DNA from: Geosiphon pyriformis uo1
Lineage: Eukaryota; Fungi; Glomeromycota
Direction of reading: 5' to 3'
Assembly (NCBI GenBank): GCA_016748015.1
Contig: JAAOMT010000098.1
Coordinates: 127,368 to 191,367 of the forward strand
Length of the DNA stretch: 64,000 bases
The position numbers and the translations under genes are program-made. This document shows, one piece after another, positions 37,301 to 49,916 of this stretch. Numbering within the stretch: position 1 is the first letter of the stretch; every line of letters begins with the position of its first letter. The notes beneath the pieces were generated by a model. The model was not told where the DNA came from. It searched no databases and saw nothing but the letters and a program-made list of their open reading frames with translations.

Positions 37301-40300
37301 TTCAGATTAAATTAGCAATTAATAAGAGAATAAAAGATTTTAAAGTGAACAAGAGTCATATTATTAGAAGTGTATTGGAATGTTTTTTTTGTAAAGTAGC
37401 GTTAAACTATCTAATTGTTGATAATAAACTAATTCTGGAGTCTGATCTGGTTAAAAACAAAGTAAATATAATTATAGAGGGCTGGACTAGGAAGTATGAG
37501 ATAGTTATTGATCTTTCTGGTAAGTGGTTTTATTAATATCAACCATTGAAATATGTTTTAATGATGCTTTCTCGAATGTAATATGTCTAATTAGTTTTGA
37601 TAAATTGCTTAGTGTGGTTTTTAATTTGCCTAATGGCAAAGCTGCTGGTTTTTTTGGCATCTCAAATAAGCTTTAAAAACAATATAACAGATTGGTTTTG
37701 AATATGTTCTTGGTGCTTTTAAATTCTTGTTTGTCTTGTAAATTAGTGCTCAATGATTGGAGAAAAGCTTGGATCTCAATGATTTTCAAGCTGTATAAGT
37801 AGAAAAGCATTCTTATGAATACCAGACTTATTGTTTTAATTAAGACAATTCATAAAATGCTTTTTAAGATTTTCTCTAACAGAATTTCTCTGACATATAG
37901 CACTTTTGATGTTTTCTGTAAAAACAATTTTTCAGTTTTAAAGAGTACGACAATTTAATCTCCTATTTTTGTTATTAGTTTAATGAATAAAGACACCTTG
38001 GAAAAGAACTATAAACTTTGACTGGTTTTGTAAAACATATAGAAAGCTTATGATTCTGTTGAGTAGAAACATCTTAGAAAAAACTTGGTTAGGATAAAAA
38101 TTTGTGGCAAATTTATTAAATTTTTTGGCAGTATTCACAATAATTATGTCAACAAAGTTATAACTGATTTCAGATTAACAGATGGATATTGAATATATAA
38201 TAGTTTAAATTAGAAAAAAGTGTTTTCACTTTTTTTTTGATACATATTTTATGATTCTCATTTGTGTAAAATTAAGAGACAAGAAAGTATATATAAATAT
38301 AAATTGAATTCTCATTTTGTTATCAGAACTGGTTGTTCAGATTTTCAGACTGAATTGACATTTTTTTCACTGCTGATACTTTTGTCAATAATATAATTTA
38401 AGTTAATAGCAGTTAAATTGCTATCCAATATATTCTCAACATTATTAATAAATTTTTTTGGATCAATAACATTTTAGTTAATAATAACAAAATAATAGCC
38501 ATTTCTATCAATTGCAGAGTTGAATGTTTTTTCTTGTTAATTAACAGTTTGCTTATTTTTATTGCTAAAAAGGGTAAATTTTATTGCTACTTGGGTATCT
38601 TTCTATTTACTAAGAGTTTGTTAAAGTTTAGCTTAACTAAAACAAGTTCAGATGTTCAGTTTTTTGTTAATCTTGTTTTGAGAAAGATTATTTCAGATAA
38701 GCAGCTTTTATATTTGGCATTAATAGTTTTTTATTCTATTGTTAGCTATAGAACACAATTCAGCTTTATTTCTATTAATATGTGTAATAAATAGAATGTT
38801 TTGATTTATAGAACTTAAAATTGAAGTCTAGTCTGCCTCTCAATTTTCCTAGTAATGCACTTTATTATCCATATTTGTATGATTTGAAAACTTTTAAGCA
38901 AATTCAGGCTAAAAACAAAGTGGCTTCTATTATGTATTTTGCAAACTTTATTAGGATTCTGAATTATTTGTTTTCATACAGGTCTTATAATTTGCAAGTT
39001 TTGTTTTAGTATTCACTTTATTTTTTAGTTTTCTCAGCTTATATTAAGATTAATCTCTCTAATAATATTTTGGTAAGTGTAATTTGTATTTTTTTTGAGT
39101 GCAATTTATCTCTGGATGGTCTAATAAACAATTTTTTCTATCTTTATAGTAAAACTTCTATGTTGACTGTTCTTGACAAGTCAAAATTTTTTAAGTTTCT
39201 CTTTTTACTTCAGTAGTATGACATTGCTTTCATGGACCAGTTTTGTAGTAAAAATAGTGCTATTTTTAATTAGAAAACTTTTAAGTATTGGGAAAAAATT
39301 GGATCTATGTGGCCTTATTCCTAATTGGTTTAGACTTTCTGTTAACTTTTTCAATAGTATAGCTTCTTTTCCTACATGCTTTTTTTTTTGAATGTTTTTG
39401 GCCTTTCAAATGTTCTTAAGTCTTATAAGTTTAAGTTTGCTTATAATTATTTATTAAATATTAATGCTAGTTCAATTTATACAGATAAATCTTTGAAGGA
39501 CTTGAAGAAAGTTAGCATAAAAGCTGATATGACAGTTTTTTTTGAAAACATAAACTTTAGTTTGGGTGTTAGGATTTCTGGTTTGATGTTTTTTACTTTG
39601 GTAGAACTGTAGACTATTGCATTAGATTATGAGTGTGTTCTTTTTTTTAGTTAAGTTCACTTTTTTATGAACAGTTAAGTTGCTTTGAATATGTGCATAT
39701 TAGAATTGCATTTAACATATCCAGATTTTTGGAATTAGTATTGGGTTAAATATTAGCACATTGTGAATGTTATTCATAGAAAAAATTTAAATATTAGCTG
39801 GCACAAAGTAAAAAGTCACTTAGGTATTTTGAGTAACATATGTACTAATATGCTTATTAATAATGTTTTTCTTTCTTCCTGGTATTTTTCCTCTTGATTG
39901 AAACAATATTATATTATGGTTAAGAGTGGTATTGTTTTTGGTAATTCTAGACATTTTGTTTGTGGAATCATTCAGTCTGTTTATTGTATACATTGAGAAA
40001 TTAGTTTCAATTCTAAGATTCTGGCTGGTAGCTTGTTCTTAGACATCAATTGGCTTAATTTATCTATAGTATAATATTTTAATTTGCATATGACTGCTGG
40101 TTTTACTAGTAAATTTACTGTTGACACTTATACATACTTTATAAAAGCTTTGTACTATTGGCTGTTTATTGTTATTTGAAAGTATTTGTATGATAAACAT
40201 TATTTCAGTGTATTATTTTTGTATTGTAATAGTGTTAAGATTTCAAATTATGTTTTTTTTTGTACAGTTGATAAATCTGTTTACTGTCAATTATTGGACA

Positions 40301-40890
40301 TATATGTAGCTGTTTAGAAGGTGTTTTCTGGTTATTCTTATTCTTTTTTGTGTGTGTATTAGTTGTTGTTTTCCTGTGCTTTAAATACTACAATACGTAT
40401 GACTTTTTACAAGGGCTTTGTTTTTAGTGATTGGCTTTAAGAAACTGTTTTTGTCTTTGGAGGTTCCAAAGTTGTGTGTTAGATAATTGTAAACTTTGTG
40501 TAAAATTTTTGTCTTGCTTTTAGAAATGAGATTTGGTCTGCTTGTATTAAATATTGTGTTTTTATAGAACAAAATAGGCTGATACTATATAATGATTTAG
40601 CTTTAATTTTGGTTTTTGGATTGTCTTTAGTGTTTTGTGCTAATATGGTCAAATTATTTAGTATTACTAAAGCATTTGGTGTTAGTTTTGATTTGTGTAA
40701 ATTTTGTTTATTTTTTTTAGATATTAAAGATCCAGTCTTTGTTTATATAAATGCTTAGTATTATTCTGGTTAATTTGAATGGCTGGTTACATGTAAAAAA
40801 GGCAAATTTATATTTAATTTAGATTATTTGTATAATATATTATACTAGACAGTATTTGGATCTTACTCATTAAATATTAATAAAAAAAAA
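34349..40890 (+). mobile_element. LINE copy 4, full length, heavily decayed
   Basis: ORF1 ~34439-36247, ORF2 36244-40758 with a deletion in EN near 36770, poly(A) 40882-40890. TSD aaaaactatt(aa/gg) on both sides. Confidence 0.92.
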
Positions 40891-41899
40891 CTATTGGTAA
40901 GATTTATAAATTCATTGATAATTAAATAAATTTATTATTAAACATCTATTGTATATTTTTTTTAATAAATTAGTAACTTTTTAATAAAACTTAATAAATT
41001 AGTTGTTTTTAAGTTTTGTATTTTTAGTGTAGATTTGGTATTAAACCAAATTAGTTTTTTTAAAGTTGTTGTTTTTTGCAAATATGTTAGCATATTCTGT
41101 AATTGGTAAAAGTAAAATTAAATTTTGAAAAAAAATATTTAATTATTTCTGTGAAATTTGAAACTTTTTGTAGTAATTTTTGTTAAAAAATATTACTATA
41201 AATAATTTTGATTTCTAATAATTATCTAAAATAATAAAATAATTATTAAAATTATAAAAGATAATATTGAATTTTTTAATTTTTTTAAACAAATAAATAT
41301 TTGAAATTAAAATTCTATATTTTTTGCAAATTTGTTAAGTAATAATAAGTATTAAGCAGATGTATACTTTATGAATTTTTTTAAAAGATAAAATAATAAT
41401 TGTTTTTAGTAATCTAAAAATTTAGTAAAATTTGTTTTGTATATTAAAAACTATATTTACTGAAACTATAAATTATTTAGTTGATCCAAAATCTTGAATT
41501 TTTTTTTTATTTTTGCTTAATTTATTTCTGTTTTTAATTAATTGCAAACCCAAAATATTAATTAAAAATAAATAAATAACTTAAGCAATTTTTTCAGCAT
41601 ATTTAACATTGAAAATTTTTTTGTTTTATTTTGAAGCATCATTATAAGATTTCCAATATATTCTGTATTTATAATTTTTTTAATATTAATGTTTTTGCTT
41701 GCTAATAATAATTAAGAAGCAATTTGTATTATTGTTTTTAATAAAATTTTAAAAGCAATTTTAAAATTAATTTTTATGAGTAATTTTGGTTTTAAAATAA
41801 GAATATTTTTTCTTGAATATTAAAAATCATATTTTGCATCGATTTTGTGGACTTTTTTGGCTTGATTTTTTGTTTATTATTGTCGAAGTATTTAAATAG

Positions 41900-43450
41900 T
41901 AAAGCAGATTAGTTTTTAACAAAATAGATTGGAATTGTTAAAATTTCGGGCTGTTTTTCTTATGCTTTAAATTCGGTTTTTTCCTAATTATTTTAAATAA
42001 ATAATAGTATGCTAAAAGTATAACATTTAAAACATTATTAATTATTACAAAGCATGATATATTCTTTATAAAATTAAATATTTATTTGTTTTAATTATTG
42101 AATTTGGGTTTTTTTAGAAAAATAAACATAATTAAAAGTTAAATAATAAAGTTTTACTTTATTTTTATAGTTTAAACTAGCTAGTTTTATAATATATTTA
42201 ATGTATTTGCTTTTTTTATTGATCAAACATCTTTTTAAGATCTTTTATTAATTAAAATTATTGCTAATTTATAAATTATTTTAGCATTATGTAAATAATA
42301 ATAGAATTTATTAAGAACATTATTATAAGCTACTGTAAATAATTTTATTTATTTTATTTTTTTAGAGATAGAAAGAGCATATTAATAGGTTTAATTACAG
42401 ACTTTTTTTTATTATAATATTAATTTAATTGTATTTTTTAAGTAGTAATTTTTCACAGATAAGACATAAAATGTTGTTTTATTTTCTATTTTGTTTAAAA
42501 CTGTTAAATTGTTGTCTGTAATAGGCTTTATAGTAATAATAAATACAAGTTTTATATTTTTTTTGATAATATACTAGCTATTAATTTGTTTATTTATTAA
42601 TATAAATTGTTAATTGATATTTTTAAGCCATAATAATAATAATTATAGTGTAAATGTTTTGAATAATTATTGTTCTGTTTTTTTAGTTCAATTAAATTAA
42701 AAATTAAACATTATATGTGTCTTAGTAAATAATTTCTTTTTTTTAGAATTTAAAAACTGGAATTTTTTAAATTATTTATTAAAAATACTACAAATAACAA
42801 ATACTTTAATATATTGTCTTTAATATAAAATTTTCAATTCTTGGATTTCTTAATTTAGGTTTGCATTGGTTTTAAAAAGCCAATTATTCTTGATAAAAAC
42901 TTAATATTAGTATATTATTATGAAATGGTTTTCTTAATATATTTAATTACTAATATTTTATTTTAATTCTAATTAATTTTTTGTAAGTTTCTCAATCCTA
43001 TTTGTGTGATAATATTACTGTTATACTGAAGACTTTCTTTTTAATATTACAATGTAAGTTATTTTTCAATTTTTGATTGTTGTGTGTGTTTATATACTCT
43101 TTTTTAGAGGCTAAACTAAATTCTACTTACTGTTTGAAGTCTTCTCTGAAGCTATTTTTGCAATTGTCTAATGTGTTTTTCTAATGAAAAAGCATGGAAT
43201 GTTAATGTTTTTTAGTGCTTTTTTTAATTCTCACAATAAAGTTTTTATTAATTAATAACAATATAAATAATTTTGATTAGAGATTATTTTTCTAAGGGAT
43301 TCACCTGATAAATAATAATTTCATTCAATAAATAATACAAGTAAATTTTTTAATACTTTGAGTTATGATCATTCAGTTTTCAATATTTTTTTCAATTTTT
43401 TTTGATTAAAGATTTTTGTGGATATTTATTTTAAAAAGTAAAGATTAGAA
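41900..43450 (-). mobile_element. Ty3/gypsy gag-protease remnant, heavily decayed
   Basis: Minus-strand VFIKNNWLFKTNANLN*EIQELKI resembles the retropepsin C-terminal LVGNDWL..A.LD motif (~42830-42905). Gag-like residue at ~43240-43420. Confidence 0.55.
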
Positions 43451-44552
43451 AATCATTAAAGTGAAACTGTTAAATAAATTGTTTGATAACTTGTTTTTAT
43501 GATTTGTTTTTATGACTTGTGAAATAATATCATTTTTCTTAATATTAAAGCTATTGTATATATATATGTTTGTAGTTCTACAAGAAAACATATTATAATA
43601 CTTTCTTTTTGGTATTTTAATCTGGTGTTTGCTATTATCACCAGTTGGTATTGGCTGCTATTGTAAACTGGTGCTTGCTATTATTATAAGATAGTACTTG
43701 TCATTATATTAATTATTACTTTTTTAGAATTATTACTGTGTTATATTATGATTAGATAATTTATATTATTTTATAATTTTTTTGCTAAATTTTTAAACTA
43801 TAACAATGTATTTATGATTAAAATTTTAATTAGAATAATAATTTTATTAATAATAATAAAAATAGTCAATTTTTTCAATTAATATTTTTTTTTATATTAT
43901 CAGTAATAACAATTACTGTTTAAGATTAGTTTATATTTTATTTTAATTTTTATATCAATTGGTAATTTTTTTAGTAAATTTACTATCTAAAGTTAATTAA
44001 ATTGATTTTTCTTTGACTTTGACTTTAGTATATATTGTTGTGATTGTATTTTATTCTAGAATAACAATATTAATATATGAAAATAGTAATTTATTGGCTT
44101 TAAATTCAAATAAAAATATGTTTAAAATATTGGCATTTTTAGCAATTTTTGTTAATAGAATTGTAATATTATTATAAAAAAATATTGCTATTATATTGTA
44201 GCTCTATTTTTTAAAAATATAGTATAATAAATATTCTAGTCTTTTGGTATTATAAAATAACTAAATTAAGTATAAAAGTATCTAAGTAACTATTAATTAT
44301 TATTGTAAAATACCAATTAATTATTAAAACCAAATCTGTTATTGCTAATATAAAAGTAATTATATAGTATAAATTGATTAGATTAAGCCAATTTCTTTAC
44401 TAATAGTTAATAATTTTAAATTAAAAGTAATTGATAATATTGTTGTAGTTATTATAAAATAAACTAATTATAAGTAGACTAAAGTCTTAAATAATAATAG
44501 ATAAATAATAGTAAGTTATATAATTAATATTACTAAAAAAAATAATATTAAT

Positions 44553-47410
44553 TACTTTGTTTTTGCTGATCTTTTTGTATTTTTTGCAATTATGTTTTTA
44601 ATATTTGAAAATTTTACAATAATAACAATTTAATTGTTGATTTGGCTATTATTAAATAATAATATAATTTTTTGGTTTTGTTTTTATAATAACTAATATT
44701 TTGGTTGTCAATTAACAAAATATGTTTCAATTTTCTTGATAAGTTGATCAATTTTTTTTTTGCTATTAAACTGTTTTTTTAATTACAAGATTAATGAATT
44801 TGGTACAATTTTATTTTTTTTATTGTTATTTTGTAGTTTTTAATATGTTAAATAATAATAGTTAAATCTGCTAAAGCATATAGTTAAACTTTTTTAATAA
44901 GTTTGTTTTTGTACTTTTAAGATTAAATTGGTTTATGTTAAGACTGTTTTTCAGTCTATACATGGTTTTTTGGATGTAAAATTAGTGTTAAAAGACAGTA
45001 TAAAGCTCTTTTATATGAATTTTGGTTTTCAAAAGTCTTTAAAAACTGTCTTTTTAGTTGAGTTTACAAGTTCTATTTATTTAATCACTCTTAAAATTGC
45101 CAAATTTTTGGTAGTTTTTAAGACTGGTTTTTTTTCTGCTGTTATTATGCTATATAATATGTCTTTAGATTTGTTACCTGAATAAAAAAACCAATTCAAA
45201 GTTATGGAGAAAAACATAACCAAAAATGTGATAATATAAAATAACACAAGATAATGCAAAAAACACAGAATAATGTATAATAATATAGAATAATATGTTA
45301 TAACATAGTATAACTAGCAATAATATAGAAAAACAAAGTAATAACAAAAATAACAAAGCAATCAAAAGCAATTCTGTAAAACAAAAAGAATATATAAAAA
45401 TGAATAGCTGTAGAAATTAGAAAGACATTCAGACAAAAATTAATTTTCTTTTTCTTTATAATTATTACATTTTACAAAAATAAAAAACTTATTTGAAAAC
45501 ACAAAAATTATTAATACATGGTCATCAATTATTTTGTATTTAAATCAAACTAATTTTTGTTTTATATTTTTGTTTCAGAACAAATATTCTTAGCATAAAT
45601 ATCTCAAATCTTAATAATCTGAACTAATTATTTTTGATTACAGTAATTAATAATACTAATTTATCTTTTTTTATTTTATTTTATTTTATATTATATTATT
45701 TTTTATTTTATTTTTTTATTTTATTTTATTTTTTTATTTTATTTTATTTCTCTTATGGAGTAACAACATAGAAAAATTAACTGTCTAGAAATAAACTTTG
45801 TAATAGTCTAATAAAAAATGGAAGCTTCCTCTATGTTTAAATATTAACATTATCTTGATAGCTTATCAGAAGAGCAAAAAGACACCACCAAACCCTAACA
45901 ACTGTGCTAGTTAACTCAAAAAAGATATTTAATATTCACATATAAGAAGTTACAATACTACAAAACATTTTTCTGTGTCTTATAACTAAAAAACTCTATA
46001 GGTAAATTGATAATAATTAAACAGATCTTTAAAGACTAATAACTCTGACACAATAAACAAGCCTACCAAAAAAAAACCCTCAAAAGCTTCTTAAAAACCC
46101 AAATTTTGAGCACTAAATATTACCATCATATCTTATTAAGTTTACTCATAACAATATATCTATTGCTAATATTAAGACAATTTATAATGTTTTTGGTGAA
46201 ATTGTCTGTATTATGCTAAAGCCTGCTAGTATTTGGCAATATGTGGTTGTTTATTTTGAAAAACTGGACTTTATTGTATCTATTTTGAATTATTGGTCAG
46301 TTTTAATAAATAAAAATAGTGTTAAAATCTTTTCTTTAGTAAATCAAAATAAAACTATTGTATTTTATAATAAGTTTAAGACCAAGTTGGTCAATTTTTT
46401 TTCTGGCTGTATTGTTTTTAAGATTAATAATATGATTTTTTAAGTTGAAAATTAAACATGTTTTATTTTTTACTTTCTTAATTCTAGTTATTGTTCCTAA
46501 TTTGCTTTGGTTATATTTGGATTTTAAATTGATTTAAATACTGTTGTAATTAAAACTGATATATTAAGAAAGTGTTGTATCTGATAAAAAACTTTTAGTT
46601 GTTAATACTGTTTTAAGTATCAAGAAATAAGTCATTTGGCTATGAACTGTAAGATTTTTTTATCTTTTTTTTTAAAAATTTCTAAGGTGTTTGCTTTATG
46701 TTTTGTGAGTACTAAATTTTATGCTAAAGTTTTGCTTCTTTGAATCTCTCTATGTTTTCTCTTTTAATGGCTTTTGCTTCTTTTTTTATAACTGTTGTTA
46801 ATTTTTTGGTTTTTTTTTAGCTAATATCTCTGAAATTCAAGTTGGCTAAGTTATTGATTTTGGTTAATTTAATTGTTAATTTTATTGGTGTATTAGTTAC
46901 TGTATTTAAGTAGTTTGTAAAAAATAATTTTATGTCAACAGTACTTTTAATCTCAAGATTAACGAAATTTTATTGCATATAAATACTTTTAGCAAAGCTA
47001 TAAGTAAGCTAAAACATAATATGGTTGTGCTGAAAGATAAGTGTGGTTTTATTAACATTAACATATTTGGTTTTTATGTGAGTTTGTTTGTCATTAATAA
47101 TAATATGTTCTTTAATTTGCTATTACTTTAAAAATATGAATTTGCTAAAGTCAAATTTGATGTATTTAAGACAGTTAATTAGTTAATAGAATTGGTTTTT
47201 AATAGTATTATATTATTTGAAATTGTTTAAAAGATATTTTTTTAGATAAGTTTTTTTTTATATTAGCATAGTATGTTTTTAATTAGTTTAAGTGATTAAT
47301 CATATATAAAAAAAGCATAAATTGCATTTAGCTAAAATTCTTAGTTTTGGTTCTATATATTAGATAGTAATTAGATTATATTCATTAAACTTTAATAATA
47401 ATAAAATATA
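44553..47410 (+). mobile_element. ORF1-only LINE derivative (HAL1-like) with LINE-type 3' tail, interrupted by a solo LTR
   Basis: Fragments 44928-45170 and 46213-46443 (IWQYVVVYFEKLD..WSVLINKNSVKI) parallel LINE ORF1 (LWQKALVEYES..WSVLVGKDFVRV). Decayed CCHC knuckle at ~46600-46650. Stop at 47269-47271 is followed directly by a 3' UTR homologue and A-rich tail. No EN or RT sequence. 5' boundary approximate. Confidence 0.75.
45172..46153 (+). mobile_element. Solo LTR (~980 bp)
   Basis: TGTTA...TAACA termini. The host frame (..YNMSLD|ISIANIKT..) resumes after removal. TSD is degenerate. Orientation is arbitrary. Confidence 0.75.
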
Positions 47411-47759
47411 ATATAAAAAAATACATTGTATAATAACAATATTTTATTTTATATAATAATATTTATATAAAAATTACAAATATATAAATTTTAATTTATA
47501 TAAAATAAATTAAAGATATCAAAATTATACTAATGTTTTGTTTTATAAAACTGTTTCAAAAAAAGTTTAACAATTAATAAATCAATATTATTTTTATTAT
47601 TCTATAAATTTTTAGATAAAAACAATTTATTATTGTTTTTAGTAACAAAATTATTACAAACATGTTTATACCAAGTCAATAATTTATAAATACTATTACT
47701 AAAATACAATCTAATAAAAACTTAAACAAATATATTATTAAAATATAAAATTTTCGAAT

Positions 47760-47875
47760 TTTGTAAAAAATTTTTTTTATTTTTTAACATTTTAACTTTT
47801 TAAAAAGTATAATACTCAGCAAAACCCACTTAAAAAAGTTATATAGGAACGAAAAAAGAGAGTAAATTACAGAAA
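47760..47875 (+). repeat. Diverged partial copy of the 2997-3637 repeat unit
   Basis: tttttaacattttaactttttaaaaagtataatactcagcaaaacccacttaaaaaagttatatagg matches 3260-3330. Confidence 0.85.
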
Positions 47876-48849
47876 AAAAGATTGACAAAAAATTCAAATC
47901 ATGTATGGTCAGTAAGTAATGTCCGAATTTGTTATTACAGAACAAAAGAAAAATACATATGAATTGTTTCTTTTTTATTTTGCATATAGAATTTTTTTTA
48001 GAATATGTTAATATATGTTAGCTCTCCATTTACATCTAAACTCTTTTATTTCTTCAGGTAATTGAGCTTACAACTTAAGATATTAAAATTAAATCTTAGA
48101 TTCTCCTACAGTCTTTGGAGAATTTTTACACTTCTGAATATTATTCTTTATTAATTTTTAAATGTTTTCTACAGATTAAATTCGAATAAGATTATTGACC
48201 AATCTATAGTTTAATTTTTTTTTTGCAAGATTATTCTATAATTTTATTTGCAGTATAAATAAATGTATTATCTTGTTAAAACACTAAAATTTTCTTTATT
48301 AATTAATATATTGCTTAACATTTTTTTTGTAATTAGTTTGAGATATTTTAAATTTAATTTTAAAATCTAATTAGTTAAAAATAGTATTATCATAACTTGA
48401 TAAATTAGATACAATAAGCAAATATACAAAAATAGATGATAAATAAACCGAATTTTAAGATTTTTTTCAAGTTAAATAGAAATTTAAATAAATTGGTATT
48501 TTTTAAATTAATCCATACAATTTTATATTTATAATATGAATTTTGTTAATATATGAAACTTATTAAAATGATTGAATGATCAAATCAAAAATAATAGGTT
48601 TGAAAATTTTATTAAAAATATAAGTAATTTTTGTTGCATATTTATAATTATTTATTAAATTAAAAGTTATAAAATATTTTTATTTTAAATTATTTTAATA
48701 TTATTAATAGAAATATTAATTTATTATTATTATAAAATATTATCAATAAAATATTGTTACAATTTTCAATTTTTTTGTACTAATTGACCCATATTTATAT
48801 ATTAATTATATTATAAATAACAACATGAGTTTTATTATTATTATAATAG

Positions 48850-49916
48850 TAAGACATAAATGACAAGAATTCTCTTTAGTAAATGGCTTAAAAAGTTTGA
48901 TCGAAAAATAACCAAGCATAAACACCATGTTTTATTACTATTGGATAATGTATCATTATATGTTCTAACTAATATAAAATTAAAGAGCACTAGAATATAT
49001 ATGCTTTTTTCAAATACAATATCTAAAATACAACCAATAAATACTGGCATTATTGCAGTATTTAAGTGCTGTTATCATGCTTGTCAGCTTATATATATTA
49101 TTAATTAATATAATATTGGATATAAAAATTTTTATCATATTAACTTACTTTAGACAATTTATTGAATTTGAAAATGTTGGTTTAATATTAGCACACATAT
49201 TATTTAAAACTGTTGGTATTATCCCAGTCTAATAAAAACAGCACATAATATTGAATTAAAACAGAAACAGTAAAAAAAAGTTACAAAAACTTTAATATTA
49301 TACATTAAACAACTAAGTGTTAAAAATTTATTTAATACTAAGAAAATTGTAAACCTTATTTCTAAAGCAGAAATTTATATTGTATTGACTAATCAAAACA
49401 TAATAAAAGTTTGTTATAATTTAATAACAAGTTTGGAAGCCCAAGATAATATTGAAAAAATTAAGAAAATTAATGTTAAATCATCTAAGTATAAAAAATT
49501 TATTCAAATTGCAAATATATTATGTTGGTTGAATAATAGTAATGAAACTTTTAAATAACAATTAATAGTTTATGTTATATACAACATATTCTCAAAGAAT
49601 TTATTGAGATTGAAAAAAAAATCACATATATAAACTTCTCTTAATTATTATTGGTCAATAATATAATATAATTATAATTTTTAATAAATTTCTCTTATAT
49701 TAGAAATTATATAAGTTGTTAAATAATTTCAAATATAGTAATATAAAATTTTATTTCTCTAAATTAATATATATAAGAAATTTTATTAGAAGTTATTAGT
49801 CATTATTTAATAGAAGTTTATTAGTTATTACTATTTAATTGCTTTTGAAATTAGTTAATTTATTAGTTATTACAGATTATTACTTATAAGAGGATTATTT
49901 ATTACAGGTTCTACTA
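48850..49916 (+). mobile_element. pogo/Tigger (DDE_1, CENP-B-like) DNA transposon remnant, 5' truncated
   Basis: MTRILFSKWLKKFDRK..VLLLLDN..SNTISKIQPINTGIIAVFK matches the DDE_1 motifs LLLLDN and PPNTTS.LQP.D.GII. Putative 3' TIR ttattacaggttctacta followed by TA at ~49899-49918. Confidence 0.8.
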
